This document shows positions 1 to 11,633 of a DNA stretch of 64,000 nt, piece by piece. Where the stretch lies: NCBI RefSeq assembly GCF_022045235.1, contig NW_027266319.1, forward strand, positions 35,092,001-35,156,000. The letters are read 5' to 3'. Source of the DNA: Haliotis cracherodii (lineage: Eukaryota). The stretch's first letter is position 1. Each line of letters starts with the position of its first letter. The position numbers and the translations under genes are program-made. Below the pieces are notes generated by a model. That model was not told the origin of the DNA and ran no database searches. It worked only from the letters and a program-made list of their open reading frames with translations.

Positions 1-860
1 CCTCCTTGTCATACACACGCATACAGAGATCTAGTGTCTGTTACAGACCCTCCTAATCTTACAGAGGTCTAGTGTCTGCTAAGACCCTCCTAGCCATACA
101 GAGATCTGGTGTCAGATCCTCCTTGTCATACACACACATACAGAGATCTTGTGTCTGTTACAGACCCTCCTAATCTTACAGAGGTCTAGTGTCACTTACA
201 GACCCTCCTGGTCATACACACGCATACGGAGATCTAGTGTCTCTTACAGACCCTCCTAATCTTACAGAGGTCTAGTGTCACGTACAGACCATACTAGTCA
301 TACACACGCATACTGAGGTCTAGTCTCTCTTACAGACCCTCCTAGTACACATGCATACTGAGATCTTGTGTCTCTTACAGACCCTCCTAGTCATACACAC
401 ACATACATAGGTCTAGTCTCTCTTACAGGCCCTTCTTATCATACACACGCATGAAAAGGTCTAGTCTCTCTTATAGACCCTCCTTATCATACAGACGTCT
501 ACTGTCTCCTAGTCCCTCCTAGTCATACACACGCATACAGAGGTCTAGTCTCTCTTACATGCCGTCCTAATCATACATAGGTCTAGTGTCTCGTACAGAC
601 CCTCCTAGTCATACACACGCATACAGAGGTCTAGTCTCTCATACAGACCCTCCTAGTCATACACACGCATACAGAGGTCTAGTCTCTCTTACAGGCCATC
701 ATAATCATACAGAGGTCTAGTGTATGTTACAGACCATCCTAGTCATACTCACGCATACAGAGATCTAGTGTCTCATATAACGGACCCTCCTGTTCATACA
801 CATGCGCACATATGTCTAGCGTCTCTTACAGACCCTTCTATGCATACAGAGATCTAGAGT
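1..860. repeat. Minisatellite with variable ~30-48 bp units (core acagaccctcctagtcatacacacgcatacagaggtctagtgtctctt)
   Basis: Repeated cores visible directly; runs off the window start. Confidence 0.9.
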
Positions 861-881
861 ATATATATTTATTAACTAACC

Positions 882-1056
882 GGGGCGGTCGGGTAGCCTA
901 GTGGTTGAAGCGTTCGCTCGTCACCCCGAAGACCCGGGTTCGATTCCCGACATGGGTACAATGTGTGAAGCCCATTTCTGGTGTCCCCCGCCGTGATATT
1001 GCTGGAATAATTGCTAAAAGCGGCGTAAAACCATATTCACTCACTCACTCACTCAC
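882..1056 (+). mobile_element. tRNA-derived SINE family 1, full length, (CACT)n tail
   Basis: A box (tagcctagtgg), B box (ggttcgattccc), tail gcggcgtaaaacc(cact)n; flanked by 12-bp TSD TATTAACTAACC. Confidence 0.9.
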
Positions 1057-1094
1057 TATTAACTAACCACCCATCTTCAATTCTCACCCCCTTC

Positions 1095-1385
1095 TCAGTC
1101 TGTAAATAATTGAGTCAGATCAATCCAGTGATTGGCATCATGAGCACAAACCTTCACAAGTGTAGCTTGGCTGCATAACAGTTTAGTCTCCTTTGATATG
1201 GACAACCTTCAGCAGTTCACGCTGGCATATACTTTCTGTCTTGTACGGAGACTCGGGTGACTGTATTCGCTAAAGATGCGTGCATCAACCAAGTCAGCGA
1301 GCCTGACCATGCACCTGATCCCGTTTTTCACCTCTTACGACAAACACGGGTTGCTGGAGACCAATTCTGATCGTTATCTTCACGG
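1095..1385 (-). mobile_element. Interrupted, degenerate SINE-like family 3 copy
   Basis: Blocks match the copies at 28317 and 63760 (aatccagtgattg, tgcatcaaccaagtcagcgagcctgacc). Confidence 0.6.
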
Positions 1386-1539
1386 CGATAACTGGCAATG
1401 TGACATTTCTCTACATGAGGCGGTTTTGTAAAATCCCTGAAATTAATATATTTGAGGAGTCTGTAATCGAGGGCTTCTTCTTGGAATGAGTTTCATCAAA
1501 CCTTACACAATTTTTTTTCGGTGACTGCAAGTCTAACAG

Positions 1540-1715
1540 AGTGAGTGAGTGAGTTTGGTTTTATGTTGATTTTAACACTACCCCCAGTATCCCAGCAAAA
1601 TATCAGACATGGGGTCCACACAATGTGCCTATGTTGAGAATCGAACCAATGTTGGGAACTGAACCAGGCCCAGGCGTGACGAGTGAACGCTTTAACCACT
1701 GACTGGTGTGACAGG
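1540..1715 (-). mobile_element. Diverged SINE family 1 copy
   Basis: (gagt)n tail, gaatcgaacc B box, gaacgctttaaccact. Confidence 0.7.
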
Positions 1716-1762
1716 GCGTCGTTGACATGTAATATAACATACGTTTCCCTATCATCTCTCAG

Positions 1763-1905
1763 CACGGCGTGGGGAGGATGTGGACAGCATCACCAACTGC
1801 TGCATCGCCGGCTGCTGCATCACCCACTGCAGGCACATCCATGTTGCTCACGGCCAGACACGTGATGTTCACCGCCCCAGGGCACCTTCAGAAGGCGACA
1901 CCTGA
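1763..1905 (+). CDS. Probable 3'-terminal coding exon of an upstream gene: (x)RRGEDVDSITNCCIAGCCITHCRHIHVAHGQTRDVHRPRAPSEGDT*
   Basis: Pyrimidine-rich acceptor ccctatcatctctcag at 1762; GC-rich island; 14 consecutive C-ending codons in this frame; TGA 1903-1905; AU-rich downstream region with AATAAA near 2548. Confidence 0.45.
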
Positions 1906-2686
1906 ATAAGTTGTGCTGCGTAGAAGCTCCCTTGTATCACATATAGATTATAATATCATGTAATGAACATGTCAAGGTTAGATGAACAGAAACTCCCCAG
2001 GCTACGCTATGATGTGTTCTATCCTATAGCAACAGTAATTATTTATTTTTTATAACTGTTTATTTCTGTTGCATATTTACACATGGGCTATACAATGTAA
2101 TACATAGGCAGTAAACAAACGTTGAGAACAGAATTATTGTGTGGGAAACAAAAGATGACAAGATGACCAAAATTTGTAGAATTTATCGATACTATAAATT
2201 ATATGTGTATTTTGTAAGCATGTAATATTTGTAAATATCTTTTTTTTAAACTGGAAGCTCGGTACCTTTTTTGAATATCTATATTTAAAAATTACGAATT
2301 TGCAAAGTAAGATAATTACATTTATAGGATCGTTGTGTCGCTAGCAACAATAATGCTATTTATCCATTTCACCTGTGTCAGATTAGCAAAGTTCTTGTCA
2401 GGGTAATCTACTTGTTTATTTATTTCCTGATTAAATCTTTATCAAGCTTTGTTTGAGAAGATGAACTGTTCCGTTGAGAGAACGGATCAATGGTATTGAT
2501 CTATGACTAAATGGCAAAGACTAACGCCCATATAATGTCAACAAATTCAATAAAATAGTTCAAATGTGTACCAAAACATTTGGAAAGTAAGATATACTAC
2601 CGACCAAAAAATAAGAAAACTAGTAATGATTTGAATGTAGCTATCGTTGAGGTGTACATTTACAACGTGACTTTGCATCTGGACGC

Positions 2687-2853
2687 GGGGCGGTCGGGTA
2701 GCCTAGTGATTAAAGCGTTCGCTCGTCCCGCCGAAGACCCGGGTTGTATTCCCGACATGGGTACAATATGTGCAGCCCATTTCTGGTGTCCCCCGCCGTG
2801 ATATTGCTGGAATATTGCTAAAAGCGGCGTAAAACCAAACTCACTCACTCTCA
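2687..2853 (+). mobile_element. SINE family 1, full length
   Basis: Near-identical to 882-1056; 13-bp TSD tgcatctg(g/a)acgc. Confidence 0.9.
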
Positions 2854-3448
2854 TGCATCTGAACGCAACATTTAATGGCAATGAAATTTCCCACCATGAG
2901 CAGGACCAACACGTGTGCGTCTGTAGGGTTACTCACAATCACTGATGCACTTATGTTATAGCTAAATTTCATGTGTCCCGTTACGAATAAAAATATCCAT
3001 GCAATATTCTGCCACGATATTCTGCAAAATGATACCATTTCGCTGCATTAAACTATTATCTCCGTATAAAATCTTATACTGTTGAATTATTACATAAAAC
3101 ATAAACGTATAGTTCGTGTACACGTACACGATCTGGAGATGTAGATGCGTCAATAAATTGTTGATTAATGGATTGGAAATACATACGTCAACTGCGATGC
3201 TAAAGCTGTAGGCAATAAATCGGACTTGTGACATCTCAATTAGCTTCAATCACAAATACATCAATCCTCCAACACACAAAGCAGTGTCTGTCCTGCATGA
3301 CATATCCTGCTGGTGAATGATGCATGTTTACAAGATCGAGTCTGCATGATGCGCTAATACCTGATTCACGGACACTGGTCAGCGATCGATCATCCATCAC
3401 TTCTGACGTGTCGTGACCGGACAAAGGATCCCCCTTCACTTTCGGGGG

Positions 3449-3490
3449 TATATAACGCAGGGGGAACCTCATGTCTTCACATCACACCAG
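3449..3490 (+). promoter_or_regulatory. Gene A TATA box (3449-3455) and very short non-coding exon 1 ending at donor CAG|GTACGT (intron starts 3491)
   Basis: gggTATATAAc about 25-30 nt before an Inr-like tcac; same layout as gene B at 12609-12665. Confidence 0.55.
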
Positions 3491-3551
3491 GTACGTGCAG
3501 TTCTACTCGTGTACTCCTTCATGCAACTCTGTTTCCGAGTGCGATTCTAGA

Positions 3552-3717
3552 GTGGTGAGTAAGTGAGTATGGTTTTATGCCGCTTTTAGCAATATTCCAG
3601 CAATATCACAGCGGGGAACACTAGAAATGGGCTTCATACATTGTGACCATGGGGAATCGAACCAAGCCCTTCGGCATGACGATCGAACACTTTTGCCACC
3701 AGGCTACCCCACCGCTC
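3552..3717 (-). mobile_element. SINE family 1 copy in gene A intron 1
   Basis: Reverse complement of the family 1 consensus. Confidence 0.85.
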
Positions 3718-3756
3718 TTGCCAGTCTAGAACTCTGGTCAACGGTCACTGCTTTTC

Positions 3757-4029
3757 AGTGAGTGAGTGAGTGAGTTGGGTTTAACGCCGCTTTTAACAGT
3801 ATTACAGTTATATCGCGGCGTGTCAGCTTAATGTGGGAGAAAAGCCCGAAGTGATGCAGGTCTTAGACGTTTACCACTTCGGTGAAACCCACGATGGTGC
3901 TGACAAACCTAGAAACATTATCGGGGCGAACAGGGATTCGAACCAATCATAGGTTTGTGGCGTGCCCAAGGGACGCAACTCTGCACAGCGAATCGCTGCG
4001 CCTTAGACGACTCGGCCACCCGTGCCCCC
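3757..4029 (-). mobile_element. tRNA-derived SINE family 2 (~280 bp)
   Basis: Minus-strand head ggggcacgggtggccgagtcgtctaaggcg, B box ggttcgaatccc, (cact)n tail; five copies in the window. Confidence 0.85.
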
Positions 4030-4130
4030 TCATTGCTTTTTAATCATATATGTTGAACATACTGTCTGTTAAATCTATTATGTGTTGTCACTATTCAGGA
4101 TATGTCTTAGGTTGCGCTTTAATATTTACA

Positions 4131-4476
4131 GACCGCCTCCGTGGTCTTGTGGTAGAGCGTACGCCCGGAGAGCGGAAGGTCCGGGGTTCGATCCCCGGCC
4201 GCGTCATACAAAAAGACGTTAAAAGATTGTACTTGTTGTTACCCTGTCTGGCGCTCGGCATTAAGGGGCTAAAGCAAGGACTGGTCGGCTCGGAGTCAGT
4301 ATACTGTGTCTGAGTGGGGTATTCATGTTAAACTGCGGCATGGTATCTCAGTGATACTATAAATCGGCATCAGTCCGGACTAGTACAAGCAGCCACACAC
4401 ACACATACACGTGCATGCATGTCGCTATATAAGTGCAATAATCTTGGACGCGACGTTAAACCCAATTTCACCTCAT
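4131..4476 (+). mobile_element. tRNA-derived SINE family 4; central block resembles the Meta-type SINE domain (from memory)
   Basis: A box (tggtcttgtggtag), B box (ggttcgatcccc), gtcatacaaaaagac...ctggcgctcggcattaag, tail gacgttaaacccaatttcacctca; second copy at 34122-34345. Confidence 0.75.
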
Positions 4477-4541
4477 CTTTAATATTTACAAATGTTGATA
4501 GTTATTACAGTTGTACTGTTTATGGTGTTCCAGGTACAACG

Positions 4542-6583
4542 ATGAAGTTTCTATGTGTTGGAGTGCTCGCTGCGGTTCTTGTTCTCACGAAGGGTAAGTC
4601 AGCCCATGATTCTCATTCCATATACCACCCGCGACGATCCGGGATAGAACAGGCTTCAGCAACCCACGCTTGCCGTAAATGGTGATTATGCTTGTCGTAA
4701 GAGGCGACTAACGGGATCGGGTGGTCAGGCTCACTGACTCGGTTGATACATGACATCGATCCCAATTGCGTGGACCTATGCTCATGACACACTCACTGGT
4801 TTGTCTGGTCCAGACTCGATTATTTACAGACCGCCCTCATATAGTGGGAATATTACTAAGTACCCCGTCAGTCGCCTCATAGGACAAGCATAGTCGCAAG
4901 CATGGATTGCTGAAGACCTATTCTACCCTGGATCTTCACGGGTCTCGCATTATGCGTTTATCGTGAAATGAGGTCGATATGTTCAGGAAACACAATTTAC
5001 CGCATCAGAAAAGTATGATTTATGATCTGCGACTCTTTTATATTTAGAAGTCGGTTTCCGGACAACGGGTCTTTACGTGTGTCATTTGCTTCCATATATG
5101 CATATTAGTACTCATTTACCAAACAATATGTTGATTTATTTTAGGCCAGAGTTCGCCAGGAGCTGGTACCAGTATGCCTACTGATCCAGGTCATGCTCCG
5201 AGTGGAGAGGCAACAGGTCCGCTGGGAGGTAGTGGGCCTGACCCGATGGCATCTGGTCCCCTGGCCAGCGCTGTTAAAGCAATGGGTGGACTGTCAGCGA
5301 CAAACAATGGAGGAATGGGAGGTCAAGCAGGTCCCGCAACATCCGGAATGGGGGGAAATGCTGCCACCAGCGATATGAGTGGAATTACGTCCGGCATGTC
5401 CAACCCAATGGCCGCCATGTATAACTCCATGCCCGGTGGTATGTCCAACTCCATGCTCGGTGGTATGTCCAACCCAATGGCTGCTATGTCCAACTCCATG
5501 TCCGGTGGTATGTCCAACCCAATGGCTGCTATGTCCAACTCAATGACCGGTGGTATGCCCAACCCGATGGCTGCTATGTCCAACCCAATGGCCGCTATGT
5601 CCAACTCTGTGAACGGTGGTATGTCTAACCCAATGGCCGCTATGTCCAACTCCATGAACGGTGGTATGTCCAACTCCATGACCGGTGGTATGTCAAACCC
5701 AATGGGCGCTATGCCCAACCCAATGGCTGCTATGTCTGGCTCCATGACCGGTGGTATGTCCAACCCAATGGCCGCTATGCCCAACCCAATGGCCGCTATG
5801 CCCAACCCAATGGCCGCTATGCCCAACCCAATGGGCGCTATGCCCAACCCAATGGGCGCTATGCCCAACCCAATGGCCGCTATGCCCAACCCAATGGCCT
5901 CTATGTCCAACCCAATGGCCGCTATGCCCAACCCAATGGCCGCTATGCCCAACCCAATGGCCGCTATGCCCAACCCAATGGCCGCTATGCCCAACCCAAT
6001 GGGTCCCATGATGGCAGGAGGTATGTCTGGTAACACTGGTGCCATGTCTGGACCCCTGGACGCCATCGCCGCCATGACAGGAGGACAGATTGCCGGCAAG
6101 CCCGGGTTCGGTAAAGGCCTCTCTGGTCATCCAGCAGGACCATCTATGAGTGCAGCCACCAGAAAGGGGAACAAGAGCCCGATGACAGCCCTGCTTCCGT
6201 ACCTGCTCCGTGGAGGCATCTCTCCCGAGACAAAGAAGATGATCATGATGATGTCCATGATGTCCAGTATGGGCGGCTCCAGCGGCTCCAGCGGCTCCAA
6301 GCAAAACTCAATGATGAGCCTGATGCCTCTGCTGATGGCTACGGGGGGCGGAGGAGAGGGCATGAGCCCCCTGCTGCTGATGGCCTTGACCCAAGGAGGA
6401 GGGTCATCATCATCCTTCATGATGCCGCTGATGATGGCGATGATGTCCGGTGGTGAGATGAACATGAGCACCATGCTCCCCTTCATGATGATGCAGATGC
6501 AAGGCCAAGGTCAAAACAAGGGTGGCCCATGGGGAGGTCACAGGTCAGCTGTTCCGATGATGGGAATGAACAAGGCTGTGTAG
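4542..6583 (+). CDS. Gene A: secreted Met/Gly/Pro/Asn/Ser-rich low-complexity protein, 496 aa; join(4542..4593,5145..6583)
   Basis: Exon 2 encodes signal-peptide-like MKFLCVGVLAAVLVLTKG with phase-1 donor G|GTAAGT; acceptor ttttag at 5144 puts exon 3 in frame with ORF 5174-6583; MPNPMAA heptad repeats; AATAAA at 6801; paralog gene B has the same structure. Confidence 0.85.
4627..4945. mobile_element. SINE-like family 3 copy (+, 4627-4865) followed by an inverted fragment (-, 4868-4945) in gene A intron 2
   Basis: gtcgtaagaggcgactaacgggatcgggtggtcagg core; the second part is the reverse complement of the 5' portion. Confidence 0.8.
5395..6003 (+). repeat. Coding tandem repeats of gene A: 21-bp (MPNPMAA) and ~42-bp (MSNPMAAMSNSMxGG) units
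   Basis: atgcccaacccaatggccgct repeated ~12 times at 5757-6003. Confidence 0.9.
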
Positions 6584-6800
6584 ACGGTTAACACGTTAAT
6601 GGATTACACATATGAAGATTGGACTTTCAGTTTATTTTCTTACTCTTCTCTATTGCTCAGCGTTTCACTGTGTGCCAATATTTGTTTATATACAAATATA
6701 CCAAATTTATCAATATTGCTGTGAGTAATTTGAGTTGTTAGAGATGAACATGCTACTGTGTAGTGTTATATATAAATGTTTGTATATTTGTTAATAAGAT

Positions 6801-6806
6801 AATAAA
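6801..6806 (+). promoter_or_regulatory. Polyadenylation signal AATAAA of gene A
   Basis: 218 nt after the stop codon in an AU-rich 3' UTR. Confidence 0.6.
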
Positions 6807-7261
6807 TATATATTACACCAAATCCTGAGTTTTCATGTCATTCTTTGAAGACAGTTACTGAATAATATAAACAAATAATAAAATACTAATATGTAAATAT
6901 CAATCATCAACGCCAGAGAATAAGCTCGATTATCTGCCTAAACATCTTCCATTGAGCGTTTAAGGCACAATAGTGGTGAAAATTATATGAATGGATCAGT
7001 GCTGACACTAATAGTTGACGAAGAGGATAAGCATGTCCTGCTCTACGGCCAGCACCCGCCACTCACACAATTTGCACAAAGAAGTCAGTGATTGTTACCT
7101 GACACCGCGCAGCAGTACTCCTGCCATATGACGGCGACTTGAGAACAATCGAATCTAGACCAGATAATCTGATGATAGTGGACCAGTCTAGGACCAGATT
7201 CAGTGATTGTGGAAAAAAACCCGCTCTGATGAAATTTTAGAGCAGTGTTCAATACCACATG

Positions 7262-8760
7262 TATCATATACACAGGTAGTATTCTATATCATATACACAG
7301 GTAGTGTTCGATTATCATATACACAGGTAGTATTCTATATGATATACACAGGTAGTATTCTATATCATATACACAGGTAGTGTTCGATTATCATATACAC
7401 ATGTAGTATTCTATATGATATACACATGTAGTGTTCTATATGATATACACAGGTAGTGTTCTATATCATATACACAGGTAGTGTTCTGTATCATACACGC
7501 AGGTAGTATTCTATATCATATACACAGGTAGTGTTCGATTATCATATACACAGGTAGTATTCTATATGATATACACAGGTAGTGTTCTATATGATATACA
7601 CAGGTAGTGTTCTATATCATATACACAGGTAGTGTTCTGTATCATATACACAGGTAGTATTCTATATGATATACACATGTAGTGTTCTATATCATATACA
7701 CAGGTAGTGTTCTGTATCATATACACAAGTAGTGTTCTGTATCATATGCGCAGGTAGTGTTCTGTATCATATACGCAGGTAGTATTCTATATCATATACA
7801 CAGGTAGTGTTCTATATCATACACGCAGGTAGTATTCTATATCATATACACAGGTAGTGTTCGATTATCATATACACAGGTAGTATTCTATATGATATAC
7901 ACATGTAGTGTTCTATATCATATACACAAGTAGTGTTCTATATCATATACACAGGTAGTGTTCGATTATCATATACACAGGTAGTGTTCTGTATCATATA
8001 CGCAGGTAGCGTTCTGTATCATATACACAGGTAGTGTTCGATTATCATATACACAGGTAGTGTTATGTATCATATACACAAGTAGAATTCTATATCATAT
8101 ACACATGTAGTGTTCTTTATCATATACACAGGTTAATGTTCTATATCATATACACAGGTAGTGTTCTGTATCATACACACAGGAAGTGTTCTGTATCACA
8201 CACACAGGTAGTGTTCTGTATCATATACACAGGTAGTGTTCTGTATCATAGACACAGGTAGTGTTCTGTATCACACACACAGGTAGTGTTCTGTATCATA
8301 TACACAGGTAGTGTTCTGTATCACATACATAGGTAGTATTCTATATCATATACACAGGTAGTGTTCGATTATCATATACACAGGTAGTATTCTATATTAT
8401 ATACACAGGTAGTATTCTGTATCGTATACACAGGAAGTGTTCTGTATCATATACACAGGTAGTGTTCTGTATCATATACGCAGGTAGTATTCTTTATCAT
8501 ATACACAGGTAGTGTTTTGTATCATATACACAGGTAGTGTTCTGTATCATATACACATGTAGTGTTCTGTATCATATACACAAGTAGAATTCTATATCAT
8601 ATACACAGGTAGTGTTCTTTATCATATACACAGGTAGTGTTCTGTATCATATACACAGGTAGTGTTCTGTATCATATACACAGGAAGTGTTCTGTATCAT
8701 ATACACATGTAGTGTTCTATATCATATACACAAGTAGTGTTCTGTATCATGTGCACAGGT
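7262..8760. repeat. 25-bp minisatellite (tatcatatacacaggtagtgttcta), ~60 copies
   Basis: Direct observation. Confidence 0.95.
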
Positions 8761-8991
8761 TTTACAGAGCTCTAGTCTATACATTGTAAAAATGTGTTTA
8801 GAATGTAAACACATACAAGACATGTTTAGATATCCTACACGGAATACACATTTGATGTGTTCTATCTGAACACTTTTAAGGTCTAAACACATGAAATGAA
8901 CCTAAACACCACCTAACCACTACATCACCACACTCATGAATAGAATTTAAACACGTTTGAATGTTTAGATTTAAGTAACAGCAGCAGCAAC

Positions 8992-9155
8992 NNNNNNNNN
9001 NNNNNNNNNNNNNNNNNNNNNNNNNNNNNNNNNNNNNNNNNNNNNNNNNNNNNNNNNNNNNNNNNNNNNNNNNNNNNNNNNNNNNNNNNNNNNNNNNNNN
9101 NNNNNNNNNNNNNNNNNNNNNNNNNNNNNNNNNNNNNNNNNNNNNNNNNNNNNNN
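8992..9155. other. Assembly gap (N run)
   Basis: 164 N bases. Confidence 1.
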
Positions 9156-9156
9156 A

Positions 9157-9607
9157 GAGAGTTAACTGACTATAAAAGTCCAGTTTCCACCCTTGCCGAA
9201 CTAGGCTGGTATTACGGAGTTACATTTTGACTGGACTAACGAGTCTATGCATAGTCCAATCAAAACTGCGCAATGAAATCGACATCCGGTTCGTAAACCG
9301 TCGTGCAGATTTCGGTCGATTGAGGGATTTACAAAGCAAGTGCACCGCCAACACGTTGTCAACAGATATTTTCAAAATCTTTTCATGTTTTTAATCAATG
9401 TGCTCGCGTGATTTGATTCCGTTCGGGATGTAAAACCCGTTTTATCACAATGTAGATATTGATTATCGATCAGATTGTCTTGACTTGGCGCCGCCATTTT
9501 GTTTGACATAATTCGTAATAGCCACTGGTGGCGCTACGATAGAGCCCAGGAATTCCAGCCTAGTTCGGCAAAGGTGGAAACTGGACTTTTATGGTCAGTT
9601 AACTCCC
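9157..9607. mobile_element. MITE-like element with ~50-bp terminal inverted repeats
   Basis: gagttaactgactataaaagtccagtttccacccttgccgaactaggctgg versus ccagcctagttcggcaaaggtggaaactggacttttatggtcagttaactc; left end abuts the gap. Confidence 0.75.
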
Positions 9608-9623
9608 TTTGCCTCGGGAAGAT

Positions 9624-9624
9624 A

Positions 9625-9669
<45 letters not shown>

Positions 9670-9690
9670 CAGTACCACCACCACTACTAC
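9624..9690. repeat. (TAG)n microsatellite
   Basis: About 15 TAG units followed by (CCA/CTA)n. Confidence 0.95.
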
Positions 9691-10629
9691 TCAATTACTA
9701 CTACTTCTTAGTTCAATTACGATTTATTGCATATTCTGAATCAGTTATACATATAACAATATGCCAGGCTGAAAGACAAAGAACGACAAAAAACCTTTCC
9801 ATAAAACACTATCCACTGTACGATTATGATTATATCATAACAATGTGTTTATGAATCACTATAACATAGTATTAATACCAGGCATTCGCTTAAAGGTGAG
9901 AATCTTTCTTTCAAATTCATACCAATTTAGCCAAACGTTGTTTTCGTTTTAAAAAATAATTTTGCAGACCTGTTTATTTAGAAACAATGGGGCCATACAT
10001 TTTCTGACGTCATATGGAAGTGGTAAAAATAATGATGTTTTATATATTTAGCTCTAGGCTTAATTTTTATATATCGTCGGGTCATGGGTTTTCGGATATC
10101 ATACGTTTTCGGACGGCCATGTTTATTGCGATTACACGCGCTAGAACAAGGGATGTGGCGTCACACAGACATTGTAGATACTCAGATGATGGCCTATTTT
10201 AAGATAAATTCGTCTTTTATAAGTGTGAGATGTTTTACAGTTGTTCTTGTGATTATGGAGAAAACTGCGAACGTTTTTAAGCGTCCGAAAACCTATACCA
10301 CGGGGATATATTGATTATTACCTAAATATAACATATATGTATACTTAACGTAGCGCATTAAGGGATGTCAGTGGTGCTATGTAACAACAATTGCAACAGA
10401 AAACTTCAATGATTAAAAAGAACGTAGTTTGGTCACTTGTAGAACTGACGCCGCTGATGACGTAGTCACGGCGTGACAGATAGGGTACAAGCATCAACAT
10501 GCCCTGACGGACGGGATATCGCCAGACGGCTGGTCAACACGCTTTGATGCCGTCCAGTTTGCTTATATTGTAACCTCATGACCTCTACGTACTGTACTAT
10601 TAAACCGCGAAGATGGCGTCAGACGTGGG

Positions 10630-10730
10630 TGCCGTTGTACAAAACAACCTCAGCCCTCAACTGTCGTAGGTCGATGTTAAGGTATGGGAGTTAGCTCACC
10701 TTAGCTCTAAGATAGCTTTGTACAACGGCA
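10630..10730. mobile_element. ~100-bp hairpin MITE family (other copies 15150-15246 and 29944-30050)
   Basis: tgccgttgtacaaa...tttgtacaacggca termini; shared internal cttagcNctaag motif. Confidence 0.7.
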
Positions 10731-10808
10731 TTCTGGACATCACGTCTTATTGCCAGGATCCTCGGTCTGCAACACATGTACTTCTGAGCAACACCTGCCC
10801 GCGACCTT

Positions 10809-11040
10809 AAGAGTGAGTGAATGAGTGAGTTGGGTTTAACGCCGCATTTAACAGTATTCCAGTTACATCACGGCGTGTCAGCTTAATGTGGGAGGAAACC
10901 CACGACCACGGGTATGGTGCTGACAAACCTACAAACATAATCGGGGCGAACAGGGATTCGAACCCACAATCATAGGTTTCTGGCGTGCCCAAGGGACGCA
11001 ACTCTGCACAGCGACGACTGGGCCACTCGTGCCCCCCCCC
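10809..11040 (-). mobile_element. SINE family 2 copy with internal deletions
   Basis: Matches 3757-4029. Confidence 0.85.
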
Positions 11041-11474
11041 CCCCCAAAAAAAAAAAAAGGAAGACGACGTCCCAGTAAATAATTTTGACGTCAAAGTTGT
11101 GGCCTTAGACCCAGCCCAATCACTCACTCACTTCACACTAGGTCCTTTTTAATAGGAAGAGATGATCATTATCATGTGGGAATATATCCTTTCAAAATTG
11201 TTTCAGTGATTGCGAATACAGTAAAACTAATTTCTCTATCCCAACCATGTGCCCAGTGTCGTCGTCCGGAGTAACAGTTCCGAGTTGCCTTGGGACCATG
11301 GTTTGTGTTTGATATAAATACATCCACAGCAGCGATCACTCTGAAACCAGTGTTACCGGCGGAAGGTTACTTCAACAGATGTTTATACGTTGTGAACTTG
11401 GGTGGGATACACGTTCTACATGTTCTACAAGTTATATATAGTAAAACAAAATGTACAAGTTGTATTAGTTGTTG

Positions 11475-11633
11475 TGGTCAGGCTCACTGACTTGGTTAAT
11501 GCATGTCATTGTATCCCAATTGCTTGGATCTATGCTCATGATGATCACTGTATTTTCTGGTCCAGACTCGATTATTTACAGACCGCCGTCATGTAGCCTG
11601 AGTATTGCTGAGTGCGGCGTTAAAAAAACAAAC
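11475..11633 (+). mobile_element. SINE-like family 3, 5'-truncated
   Basis: ggtcaggctcactgacttggtt...gagtgcggcgttaaa. Confidence 0.8.

Noticed and set aside
882-955. tRNA genes at SINE heads (also 2687, 4131, 14242 and others)
   Set aside because: They continue into SINE bodies and tails with TSDs and lack a clean cloverleaf; retroposon heads, not functional tRNAs.
1783-1830. Insulin-like A chain or WAP domain
   Set aside because: Cys spacing CC-x3-CC-x3-C does not match CC-x3-C-x8-C, and a full WAP pattern is not visible.
5323-6486. Antisense and alternate-frame ORFs over gene A (and 17948-18524 over gene B)
   Set aside because: Shadow ORFs of repetitive Met/Gly-rich coding sequence.
7262-8760. 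CRISPR-like array (also 34350-35387 and 52865-54975)
   Set aside because: Head-to-tail repeats without unique spacers, no cas genes, eukaryotic spliced-gene context.
9609-9854. Poly-Val ORF
   Set aside because: Translation of the (TAG)n microsatellite.
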